64,000 nucleotides of DNA from Tepidisphaera sp. (GTDB taxonomy: Bacteria > Planctomycetota > Phycisphaerae > Phycisphaerales > UBA1924), in the NCBI GenBank assembly GCA_050916045.1, contig CP051526.1, positions 1,792,001 to 1,856,000 of the forward strand, read 5' to 3'. The stretch's first letter is position 1. Each line of letters starts with the position of its first letter. Below are positions 23,044 through 31,776 of the stretch, piece after piece. The translations under genes were made by a program, and so were the position numbers. The notes beneath the pieces were generated by a model that made no database searches, was not told the origin of the DNA, and worked only from the letters and a program-made list of their open reading frames with translations.

Positions 23044-23596
23044 AGTCCGCTCCGACCGTCCATCCGCCCACCCCACACCCGAGTTCCACAAGCCAAGCGG
23101 CAACCGCGGCGTTGCACGTATTGAACACCCAATAGCGGTCCTCGGACTCGACGAACTCCATCTGATGGTCAGGATTCAGCACGGCGGGCCGTTCCTCCGA
23201 GGCGAACGTCCAAGCGGTCTCCATCCGCGCCCTCCACGCCTCCAGCCGCTCGCGTTCCACCTCAATCGCAAGCCCGCTTTCCGCACCCGTCACGGCCGCA
23301 ACTTCATCGATCGGGCATTCAAGCCGGCGACGTCCCTGCGCCCCCTGACTGGGCACGAAGAGGATTCCCGGCACCCGCCACCAGCCGGTTCGGTTCTCCA
23401 CGTACCAGCCCCATTCGCCGAAAGCATGCTCGACGATGGACCCCGTGTCGTCAGGAACCGCGAGGCTCGCGTGATAGCCATAGTCGAGCACGACGACACG
23501 CACAGGGTCGTGGACACCACGCGGCGGCACCACCGTGGTCGTACACCCGGTGAGCACGAATGCGAGGGACGCGAGAATCCAGCCGGCGATGTTCAC
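22988..23596 (-). CDS. Lipoprotein, DUF2459-like
   Basis: Lipobox LTGC; YGYHASL, AFGEWGWY, YWVFNTCNAAVAAWL. Confidence 0.6.
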   Translation of the reverse strand: MNIAGWILASLAFVLTGCTTTVVPPRGVHDPVRVVVLDYGYHASLAVPDDTGSIVEHAFGEWGWYVENRTGWWRVPGILFVPSQGAQGRRRLECPIDEVAAVTGAESGLAIEVERERLEAWRARMETAWTFASEERPAVLNPDHQMEFVESEDRYWVFNTCNAAVAAWLVELGCGVGGWTVGADFTLGGEPAGAWDGADTPP

Positions 23597-23640
23597 TCCG
23601 TCAAGCGACGGATCGCACGGTCCGGTTCACGGCCGACGGA

Positions 23641-25764
23641 TTACTTCAGCACGATGACCTTGAACGACCGGCCCGCCGGCGGCTTCCACGAGCCTTCCGT
23701 CGAGGTCTTGACGGTCACTTCGCCCCCGCTCGAGGTCGCGGTGAACGTCGTCCGCAGGAACTCGCCCTTCTGGTAGCCGTAACCCTCGCCGGCGTCCTCG
23801 TACATGCTCCCCGTCGCTTCGCCCTTGCCGTTCAGCGAGACGTAAAGCGTGACCTCGGTAAGCGGCTTCTCGTCCACCCACTGCGTCACCGGCCCCGTCG
23901 GAATGATCGACCCTTCCTTGACGAAAAGCTCGGGCAGATCCGAGTCGGGAGCTTCGCCCTCGAAAGCGACCTTTCGCCAGGTGCCTTTGGGCATGACCGG
24001 AACACGCGTGCCGTCGGGAGCGAGCTGGCACTTGACGAGCAGGCCATCGCCGAGCAGGAAGATGTCATCCTCGCTTCGCAGGGCCGGGTCCGTCGGATCG
24101 GCGAAGAACGCGGGCCGGGCGACGGGCAAGCCCGTGCGGCTGGCTTCTTCAAACAACGTGTAGAAGAGGGGCATGAGGCGGTAGCGGCGCTCGATCGCGC
24201 GGCGGCACGTGGCTTCCACCTTCTCGCCGAAGCTCCAGGGCTCCTTCTGAACGTTGTCCTTGCCGGTGTGGCCGCGGGCGAAGGGGAGCATCGCCCCAAC
24301 GCCCATCCAGCGGGCGAAGTGTGTGCCCCGGTCCATCGGCGGTTCACCGTCGGGGCCGTTCCCGGCAAAGCCGCCGATGTCCGGGCCGATGTTCGGCTGG
24401 CCGGAGAGGCCGATGTTGAGGATCATGCTGATGGACCACTCGAGGTGGCGCCAGTCGGCGGTGTTGTCGCCGGTCCACGTCGCGCCGTACCGCTGGCCGC
24501 CCAGGAAGTTGGCCCGGCTGAGCACGAAGGGGCGTTTGTCGGGGCGAGCGGCGGCGATGCCCTCTCGCGTCGCTTTGATCATGAGCATGCCGTAAACGTT
24601 GTGGAACCGCGCGTGGCTGCCGGGGCCGCCGAACTCGGGATCGGCGCGGTGGATGTTGTCCTCGGGCATGGTCTTGCCCGGGACATTGAACACGGCGGGC
24701 TCATTCATGTCGTTCCAGACGCCGTCGATGCCGGTCGCGATCCAGTCCTTGTACAAACCGGCCCACCATTCGCGCGTGGCTTTGCGGGTGTAGTCGGGGA
24801 AGTGGCACTTCCCGGGCCAGACCTCGCCGGCGTATGGCTTGCCGTTCTTGTCGTGGACCCAGTGGTCGCCGGCTTCGCCCTGCTCGAAGACGTGGTACTT
24901 GCCGTTGGGGAAGGTGTCCTTGTTGATCCCGATGCCGGGATCGATCATCCAGACGGTCTTGAACCCGAGCTTGTGCAGGTCCGCGTTGTGCCGCGTCGGA
25001 TCGGGGAAGTGCACCTCATCAAACGTGAAGCACAGGAACTTGTGCATGTAGTCGATGTCGTGCCAGATCACATCGCAGGGGATCTTGCGATCGCGGAACC
25101 CCTTGGCGATCTCCATCACCTGCGTGTCCGGGTAATAGCTGTACCGGCACTGGTGATACCCGATGGTGTACTTGGGCGGGAGCGGCATCTTGCCGGTGAG
25201 GTCCGCGAGGGTCGTGACAACCTCCTGCGGCGTGGCCCGCTCGATCACGATCACCGGGAACTCCCGGCCGTCGACGACGGTCTTGATGTCTCCGCCGCCG
25301 GTTGCGGGCATCGAGATCACCTGCCGGTAGGTGCTGTCAAAGATGATGCCGAACGAGGTGCCGTCCGCGCGCACGCCAAGCACCCACGGATGGCTTTGGT
25401 AGAGGTGGGGGGTCTTGTCGTCGTAGCCGTACGCGTCGTGGTTCCAGAGGGTGACGGTGCTTCCGTTTCGGAGCAGCGGCCCGGCGACCTCGCCCGTGCC
25501 GTAGAGCGATGTGCCCGCATCCACGCGGACCGTCACGACCTGCTTGTCGCCTTCCTTCGCGAAGACGGGCTTGAGTCGGACGCCCGCATCGCCGGGCTTG
25601 CCCTCGCGCGGCACAAGCATCGAGAAGGACGGCAGAGCGTTCTTCTTCGCTTCGGCGGAGGCGTGGAAGACGGCGGTGCTCGGCGCGATGGTCTCAGCGA
25701 CGACCTGACCGAACGCAGCGGGAAGACCCGCGAAAACGGAAAGAAGGAGTGGCATCATCTTCAT
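23641..25764 (-). CDS. Glycoside hydrolase family 31 (alpha-glucosidase-like), secreted
   Basis: GYHQCRYSY, WHDIDYM, nucleophile WNDMNEP, acid/base WTGDN, GPDIGGF; signal peptide. Confidence 0.93.
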   Translation of the reverse strand: MKMMPLLLSVFAGLPAAFGQVVAETIAPSTAVFHASAEAKKNALPSFSMLVPREGKPGDAGVRLKPVFAKEGDKQVVTVRVDAGTSLYGTGEVAGPLLRNGSTVTLWNHDAYGYDDKTPHLYQSHPWVLGVRADGTSFGIIFDSTYRQVISMPATGGGDIKTVVDGREFPVIVIERATPQEVVTTLADLTGKMPLPPKYTIGYHQCRYSYYPDTQVMEIAKGFRDRKIPCDVIWHDIDYMHKFLCFTFDEVHFPDPTRHNADLHKLGFKTVWMIDPGIGINKDTFPNGKYHVFEQGEAGDHWVHDKNGKPYAGEVWPGKCHFPDYTRKATREWWAGLYKDWIATGIDGVWNDMNEPAVFNVPGKTMPEDNIHRADPEFGGPGSHARFHNVYGMLMIKATREGIAAARPDKRPFVLSRANFLGGQRYGATWTGDNTADWRHLEWSISMILNIGLSGQPNIGPDIGGFAGNGPDGEPPMDRGTHFARWMGVGAMLPFARGHTGKDNVQKEPWSFGEKVEATCRRAIERRYRLMPLFYTLFEEASRTGLPVARPAFFADPTDPALRSEDDIFLLGDGLLVKCQLAPDGTRVPVMPKGTWRKVAFEGEAPDSDLPELFVKEGSIIPTGPVTQWVDEKPLTEVTLYVSLNGKGEATGSMYEDAGEGYGYQKGEFLRTTFTATSSGGEVTVKTSTEGSWKPPAGRSFKVIVLK

Positions 25765-25842
25765 GCCAATAGCGTACACCAGACGGCCCCAACTCTGCGA
25801 GCGGTCTGATGAAACGTTCCTTTTGTGGAAGGTGCGGGCGGC

Positions 25843-26739
25843 TCAATGAGCGTTCGAAAGCTCATGCCGCCGCAACCACACGAGCATGGCGGCGAACCCG
25901 AAGGTCACGGCGAGGATCGCGATCGAACTCGGGGCGGTCTCCGTGCCCGATGACAACCCGGACCCTTCGATCAACCGATGAACGCCCGTGAGGCTCAGGC
26001 CGCACGCCACCACGAGCCAAGGCATCCATACCGACGGAACCGGCCGCAGGTCCTTGGCGAGTCGCAGGCTTCGAAGCCAGGGTTCGTACGCGGCGGGGCA
26101 GACCTGGTCGAGCGAGACGCATTCCCCCGCGGTCGTCCTGATGCTCGCGCCGGCGGCGTTCCGCTCCACGTTCGCGACTTCGGAAGCATGCACGACGATC
26201 GTTCGATCACGCCGCACCAGCGTGAGCGCTTCCCCCTTGACGGCGAGCGAACGGGCTTCACGCTGCCAGAACTTCACCCCGAACCACACGAACCCGAATG
26301 CTCCGACCCCGGCGATGGCAAGCAAAACCAAAGCCCCCCACATCAACGCGCCAAGCGTCGGCGAAACACCCTCGGCCCGAATCGCTTCGTTCAGCGTCGT
26401 CATACGGCCGATCGCAAACGTCAACGCCATTACGCCCAGCGTGACGCAGCATCCGGTCGGAATGAGCATGCCGACCGGCTCAAGCCAGGTCGGACCGATG
26501 ACGGGCTTGCGCCATGTCACCTCCTCACCCGCTCGCCAAAGGTTGCGAAGAGCCCGCCGCCGCAGCGCCCGGGCACGCTTCTCCTCGCGAAGGTCGAACT
26601 CGATCCGCACCCATTGGCCGCCAAGCCAGACCACCCGCAGGTCGATCGCGTCCCGCCACGGGACAAGCACATCGCCGACTGGCTGTCTGACCAGCACCCC
26701 GGCCCATGTCGGGCGGGCTTTGGATGGCAGGATCCCCAT
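25843..26739 (-). CDS. Hypothetical multi-pass membrane protein
   Basis: About 4 hydrophobic segments; TACAAT 6 nt before ATG. Confidence 0.6.
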   Translation of the reverse strand: MGILPSKARPTWAGVLVRQPVGDVLVPWRDAIDLRVVWLGGQWVRIEFDLREEKRARALRRRALRNLWRAGEEVTWRKPVIGPTWLEPVGMLIPTGCCVTLGVMALTFAIGRMTTLNEAIRAEGVSPTLGALMWGALVLLAIAGVGAFGFVWFGVKFWQREARSLAVKGEALTLVRRDRTIVVHASEVANVERNAAGASIRTTAGECVSLDQVCPAAYEPWLRSLRLAKDLRPVPSVWMPWLVVACGLSLTGVHRLIEGSGLSSGTETAPSSIAILAVTFGFAAMLVWLRRHELSNAH

Positions 26740-26818
26740 GCGGAAATTGTAGCGGAATCCGTCGGGACCGCCCGTTCGGAAGGGAATCGGGGCCCGTGCG
26801 GTCTACCATTGCACCCTT

Positions 26819-27922
26819 ATGGAAGCAGGCATCGTCGGTCTCCCCAACGTCGGCAAATCCACCCTCTTTAACGCTCTCACCAAAGCGGGGGCGCTCGCCG
26901 CCAACTACCCCTTCGCGACCATCGAGCCCAACGTCGGGGCCGTGCCCATCCCGGACTCACGCCTCGAAATCATCCGCTCGCACATCGAAAGCCAGAAGAT
27001 CATCCCCGCCATGCTCCGCCTCGTCGACATCGCCGGCATCGTCAAAGGCGCCAGCGAGGGCGCAGGCCTGGGCAACAAGTTTCTCAGCCACATCCGCGAG
27101 GTCGACGCCATCCTCCAGGTCGTCCGCTGCTTCACCAAAGCCCCCGGCGGCGAGGACATCACCCACGTCGAAGGTTCCGTCGACCCCATCCGCGACATCG
27201 AGATCATCCACACCGAGCTCGTCCTGGCCGACCTCGAAGTCGTCCTCGGTGCCATGAGCAAAGCCGAACGCGCCGCCAAAGCCGGCGACAAAGAGTCCGT
27301 CACACGCTTCGAGGTCCTCAAGAAGCTCAAACCCCTGCTCGACAGCGGTCAGCCCGCCCGCTCGCTCAAGCTCGAGGACCCCGACCAGCAGAAATCCCTC
27401 AAGATGCTCGGCCTCATCACGACCAAGAAGGTCCTGTACGTGATGAACGTCGATGAGGATGATGTCAACGGCGAAGGCCCCCTCTGCCAGAAGGTCCGCG
27501 AGCACGCGGCCAAGGAAGGCTCCGAGGTCGTCCCCGTCTGCGCCAAGATCGAAAGCGAACTCTCCGAGCTTGGCGACGCCGACAAGCTCGAAATGCTCCA
27601 GAGCATGGGCATGAAGGAACCCGCCCTCAACCGCCTCGCGACCGCCGCTTACCACCTTCTCGGCTTGCAGTCCTACTTCACCGCGGGGCCCAAGGAAATC
27701 CGCGCCTGGACGGTCCCGATCGGCGCGACGGCTCCGCAAGCCGCCGGCGTGATCCACACCGACTTTGAAAAGGGCTTCATCCGCGCCGAGATCTACTCCG
27801 TCGCCGACCTCGAGAAGTACAAGACCGAGAAGGCGATCAAGGAAGCCGGCAAGATGCGGATCGAAGGCAAGGACTACGTCATGAAAGACGCCGACGTCTG
27901 CCACTTCCTGTTTAACAACTGA
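26819..27922 (+). CDS. ychF: Redox-regulated ATPase YchF
   Basis: [41 protein letters not shown] domain. Confidence 0.97.
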   Translation: MEAGIVGLPNVGKSTLFNALTKAGALAANYPFATIEPNVGAVPIPDSRLEIIRSHIESQKIIPAMLRLVDIAGIVKGASEGAGLGNKFLSHIREVDAILQVVRCFTKAPGGEDITHVEGSVDPIRDIEIIHTELVLADLEVVLGAMSKAERAAKAGDKESVTRFEVLKKLKPLLDSGQPARSLKLEDPDQQKSLKMLGLITTKKVLYVMNVDEDDVNGEGPLCQKVREHAAKEGSEVVPVCAKIESELSELGDADKLEMLQSMGMKEPALNRLATAAYHLLGLQSYFTAGPKEIRAWTVPIGATAPQAAGVIHTDFEKGFIRAEIYSVADLEKYKTEKAIKEAGKMRIEGKDYVMKDADVCHFLFNN

Positions 27923-27933
27923 TGCGGCTCTTG

Positions 27934-27979
27934 GGTGGCACTGCTCTCAGGTGGCACCGCTCTTTAGAGCGGTGTTCTT
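27934..27979 (+). terminator. REP-like hairpin / terminator with a duplicated half-site
   Basis: GGTGGCACTGCTCT then GGTGGCACCGCTCT-TT-AGAGCGGTG-TTCTT, between convergent genes. Confidence 0.55.
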
Positions 27980-27986
27980 CCCGAGC

Positions 27987-29063
27987 TCATCTCTCCCCCG
28001 CCCCAGCACCCGCAAGCGTATCAATCGACCTCTCATCACTCGCCACGGCGAGCACCGTCTTCGCCACCCCCTCCACAACCCGCGCCATCCGCTCATAGTC
28101 GAGCTTCTCAGGCGTGTCCTCCGCTTTGTGGTAGTACGGGTACCGGTACGGCGCGGTATCCGTGACCATCAGCGCCGGCCACCCCTGCTTCCAGAAGCTC
28201 CAGTGGTCGCTCGAATTGATCCGCGGCACGAGGCTCGGGAGAGCCGCGCCCTCGGCCGGCATGTCGCTCGCCGCCCGAAATGCAGCCGTGCACCGCTCGA
28301 CCCAGTCTCCGCCTCCGTTGCTCGCTGGCCCGACGAACGCGATGAAGTTCCCGACGTCCGACCGACCGATCCCCGCCAAAGGCGGATAGTCCTGCGAACC
28401 TTTCTCATCCCGGTAGTATCCGATCGTCTCAACCGAGATCATGCCATGAATCGCATCCCCGCGCTGCTTGCACGCCCGGGCGTACACCAGGCTCCCCATC
28501 TCGTCAGTCCAGAAGTACGGCGGTTCTTCATTCGTGAAGAGAGCCAAGCGGATCGTGCGGGCCGGGGTCGCGTGCCTGAGCATACGAGCGAGTTCCAGCA
28601 CGCCCGCCGTGCCGCTCGCGTTGTCGTTGGCCCCGGGACTCGCGACCCCTCGGTGATTGACGCTGTCGTAGTGCGCGCCCACGACGATGATCTCGTTCGG
28701 CCTCGCCGCTCCCTTGATCTCAACTTCAAGATTCGACACGTCGTGGCCTCGGCAGGTGTACGTCTGCCATTTCACGACGTGGCCGGCTTTGGCGAGTTGA
28801 GCCGCAAGGTAGAACTCCGCCCGCTTGAGCTGCTCCGGATGCGCGAGGTTCCGCTCGCCGATCGCTCCCGCAAGCTCCGTGACATGCCCACGAAGCCGTT
28901 CCGCAAGCGTCCGCGTATCCGGAGCCGCAAGCGGCAGCGGGTCCATCGCGCCCGGGTCCGCACCGATCATCACGCAGCCACGGAGAGCCGCAAAAGTCCC
29001 CAGGGTGACGCATGACGTCAGACCCGCCATCAAGACAGCTCGATACGTTGACCGCTTCGGCAT
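27987..29063 (-). CDS. M28 family metallopeptidase
   Basis: GAHYDS, GANDNASG, NEEPP, SDHWSF, YYH zinc ligands. Confidence 0.9.
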   Translation of the reverse strand: MPKRSTYRAVLMAGLTSCVTLGTFAALRGCVMIGADPGAMDPLPLAAPDTRTLAERLRGHVTELAGAIGERNLAHPEQLKRAEFYLAAQLAKAGHVVKWQTYTCRGHDVSNLEVEIKGAARPNEIIVVGAHYDSVNHRGVASPGANDNASGTAGVLELARMLRHATPARTIRLALFTNEEPPYFWTDEMGSLVYARACKQRGDAIHGMISVETIGYYRDEKGSQDYPPLAGIGRSDVGNFIAFVGPASNGGGDWVERCTAAFRAASDMPAEGAALPSLVPRINSSDHWSFWKQGWPALMVTDTAPYRYPYYHKAEDTPEKLDYERMARVVEGVAKTVLAVASDERSIDTLAGAGAGER

Positions 29064-29105
29064 GGACAAGTATAGCAAGCACTAACAGGAAGCGGAGGTC
29101 GCGAC

Positions 29106-29654
29106 TCACCGTTGCTCGGGAACCGCCGGCCGCAGTTCGAGCGGACCGCCCCCGACCACCACGAAGTGCCGCCGGAAGTGGAAGCCCGTCGTCGCCCGCG
29201 CGACGCCCACCGCTTCGTCCGCGCCGTCCGGAACGCCAACGAACGCACCCGTCTCGTAGCCTTTGAGCTCGAACTCCCTGCCGATCTCAAGCTTGGGTGG
29301 CCCCTCGCTCTGGTCCCGCTCGCCCCAGCCGACAACGTGCGGAGCCAGCGCGATGGCGATCCCCGGTTCCGCCGGCACACCCTCGACCGACTGAACGTCG
29401 AGCCAGAAGACGCCGCTCTCGGCTTTGCGTCCGTCGGTCGTGACGATCCCGCGGATGGTGACCAGCGAGCCCAGTTCGCGGCCGAGCAGCCCGTTGGGAA
29501 ACGGCGGACCACTCAGAGACTTTGAGCGAGCGGCCCCGTTGCCGCTTTCCGCGCTCGACGTCTTCGTTTCGCCGGGCGGCGGCGAAGCTCGCTCGCAACC
29601 CGCGACCACGACGATTCCAATCGCCACCGTGCCAGCGGGCCATTGAAGCTTCAT
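29106..29654 (-). CDS. Hypothetical lipoprotein
   Basis: Lipobox VAGC; TAGACT 6 nt before ATG. Confidence 0.65.
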   Translation of the reverse strand: MKLQWPAGTVAIGIVVVAGCERASPPPGETKTSSAESGNGAARSKSLSGPPFPNGLLGRELGSLVTIRGIVTTDGRKAESGVFWLDVQSVEGVPAEPGIAIALAPHVVGWGERDQSEGPPKLEIGREFELKGYETGAFVGVPDGADEAVGVARATTGFHFRRHFVVVGGGPLELRPAVPEQR

Positions 29655-29675
29655 GCCGACAGTCTATCGACCGGC

Positions 29676-31331
29676 TCATTTCTTCGACGCAGCCACAATC
29701 GGAAGCTCCGAAACCTCGATCCCCTCGTTCCGCTGGACGAAGTGGCGGAGGGCCCATTCATCTCCGAGCAGGACCACCGGCAGGTTGTCGCGGTCGTAGG
29801 CGATCGCCGCGTTGCTCGGGAGGTCGGGGAGCCATTCCGCGTCGGCGCCCTTGCCTTCCTGGGCTTTCCCCGGCATGCGCCACCACCGCACCATCTTGTA
29901 CACGCTCGGCTCAAGGCCGCTTTCCGCCTGATACTCCGCTTGCATGCGGTGCTGCACCACCTCGAACTGAAGCGGGCCGACGGCCGCGAGGAGCGGCGTC
30001 TTGACCTGCCCCGCCCCGACGAAGAACACCTGCACCACGCCCTCCTGCAAAAGCTGCTCAAGCCCGAGCCGGAACTTCTTCGCGTTGGCCGGCACCGGGT
30101 TCCGCAGGTACGCGAAGACCTCGGGCGTGAACCGCGGGATCTCATTGAACACGATCGCCTTGTCCTCCGCCAGCGTGTCGCCGATCCTGAGCACATCGTG
30201 CCCGACGATCCCGACGACGTCGCCCGCCCGGCCGTCCTCGACCGTCTCGCGGGCCTGGCCCATGAGCTTCTGCGCGTTCGACAAGCGGATCCGCGTGCCC
30301 GACTGCACGTGGTTGACGGTCATCTCGCGCGTGAAAGCCCCCGACACGACGCGGACGAACGCGATGCGGTCGCGGTGCCGCGGGTCCATGTTGGCCTGGA
30401 TCTTGAAGACGAACCCCGAGAACCCCGGATCTTCCGGCTTGATTTCGCGCCGCTCATCCCCCTTGGGGCCCACCGAAACGCGCGGCCCGGGCGGCGCGGA
30501 ATGCTCAAGGAAGCCGTCAAGGAGCAGCTGCACGCCGAAGTTGTTCATCGCCGACCCGAAATAGACCGGCGTCACAAGCCCCGCGAGCACGCTCTCTTCG
30601 TCAAACTCGGCCCCGGCCCCTTCGAGCATCTCGATCTGCTCCTTCGAGTTCTCGTAGACATGGTCTTCGAGCTTCTCGCGAACGGCCGGGTCGTCGAGCC
30701 CGCGCACCTCGAGCGGCGCGACGTACGCCCCGCCGGGGGTCCGCTCGAACATGTGGGCTTTCCGCGTGAGGCGGTCGTAGACGCCCTTGAACGACGGCCC
30801 GGAGCCGAGCGGCCAGTTGACGGGGAACGCCCCGATCCCGAGCACCTTCTCAAGCTCGTCAAGAAGCTCAAGCGGGTCCCGCGTCGGCCGGTCGCACTTG
30901 TTCATGAACGTGAAGATCGGCACCCCGCGCCGCCGGCAGACCTCAAAGAGCTTGCGGGTCTGCGGCTCGATGCCCTTGGCCGCATCGATCACCATGATCG
31001 CCGCATCGACCGCCGTGAGCACGCGGTACGTGTCTTCCGAAAAGTCCTTGTGGCCCGGCGTATCGAGCAGGTTGACGCGGAAGGTCTGCCCGCCCTCGGG
31101 GCCGTAATCGAACATGAGGACCGTGGATGAGATCGAGATCCCGCGCTGCTTTTCAAGCTCCATCCAGTCCGAGGTCGTCGCCCGCTGGTTCTTTCGGGCG
31201 GTGACGGACCCGGCGAGGGTCTTCTGGCCGCCGTAGAGGAGGAGCTTCTCGGTCAGGGTGGTCTTGCCCGCGTCCGGGTGCGAGATGATCGCGAAGGTGC
31301 GGCGGGGGAGTGTGGCGGGATTCACGGACAT
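29676..31331 (-). CDS. prfC: Peptide chain release factor 3
   Basis: RRTFAIISHPDAGKTTLTEK, SDWMELEKQRGIS, DTPGHKDF, NKCD, FKIQANMDPRHRDR; true start is ATG 31331, and the longer ORF merely runs through the repeat array. Confidence 0.96.
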   Translation of the reverse strand: MSVNPATLPRRTFAIISHPDAGKTTLTEKLLLYGGQKTLAGSVTARKNQRATTSDWMELEKQRGISISSTVLMFDYGPEGGQTFRVNLLDTPGHKDFSEDTYRVLTAVDAAIMVIDAAKGIEPQTRKLFEVCRRRGVPIFTFMNKCDRPTRDPLELLDELEKVLGIGAFPVNWPLGSGPSFKGVYDRLTRKAHMFERTPGGAYVAPLEVRGLDDPAVREKLEDHVYENSKEQIEMLEGAGAEFDEESVLAGLVTPVYFGSAMNNFGVQLLLDGFLEHSAPPGPRVSVGPKGDERREIKPEDPGFSGFVFKIQANMDPRHRDRIAFVRVVSGAFTREMTVNHVQSGTRIRLSNAQKLMGQARETVEDGRAGDVVGIVGHDVLRIGDTLAEDKAIVFNEIPRFTPEVFAYLRNPVPANAKKFRLGLEQLLQEGVVQVFFVGAGQVKTPLLAAVGPLQFEVVQHRMQAEYQAESGLEPSVYKMVRWWRMPGKAQEGKGADAEWLPDLPSNAAIAYDRDNLPVVLLGDEWALRHFVQRNEGIEVSELPIVAASKK

Positions 31332-31353
31332 AGGCCGGAGGGTAGGGGGAAGC

Positions 31354-31710
31354 CGCCCCGTCCGAGCGGCGGGCCGGGTTTCCTCGGCGGCGTGCCGGGA
31401 CTCCCGGGAGTGGAGCAGCCATGCCCGAGCGGCGCGCCCGTACTCCCGGGAGTGGCGCCGCCATTCCCGAGCGGCGCGCCGGGACTCCCGGGAATGGTGG
31501 CACCCCGCCACCCTCCGGGCCGTCCGGATGTTCACACGGACGGACCGGAGGTTTATCCGGACCGGTCGGATGTTCAAACAGACGGTTCGGACGCTCGCCC
31601 GAACGGTTCGGACACGCGTCCGAACGGTTCGGACACGCGTCCGAACGGTTCGGACATGTGGGCGGGCGCGTGGGATGCTCGTCCGAGCGGATCGGAAAGT
31701 CCCGTGCGCG
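31354..31710. repeat. Degenerate 21-bp tandem array, 17 units in one register
   Basis: Block A (e.g. CGGGACTCCCGGGAGTGGAGC, 42-bp dimer periodicity) and block B (GTTCGGACACGCGTCCGAACG twice exactly, plus variants); near-palindromic units. Confidence 0.85.
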
Positions 31711-31776
31711 AGCCGCGGGGGTGTTGAGGAACTCCGGGTGGCATCCTCCGCGCGCCCGCCGCGGTAGACTGCCTTC

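Noticed and set aside
31354..31710. Possible CRISPR array
   Set aside because: Units are contiguous and degenerate with no unique spacers; no cas genes in the window
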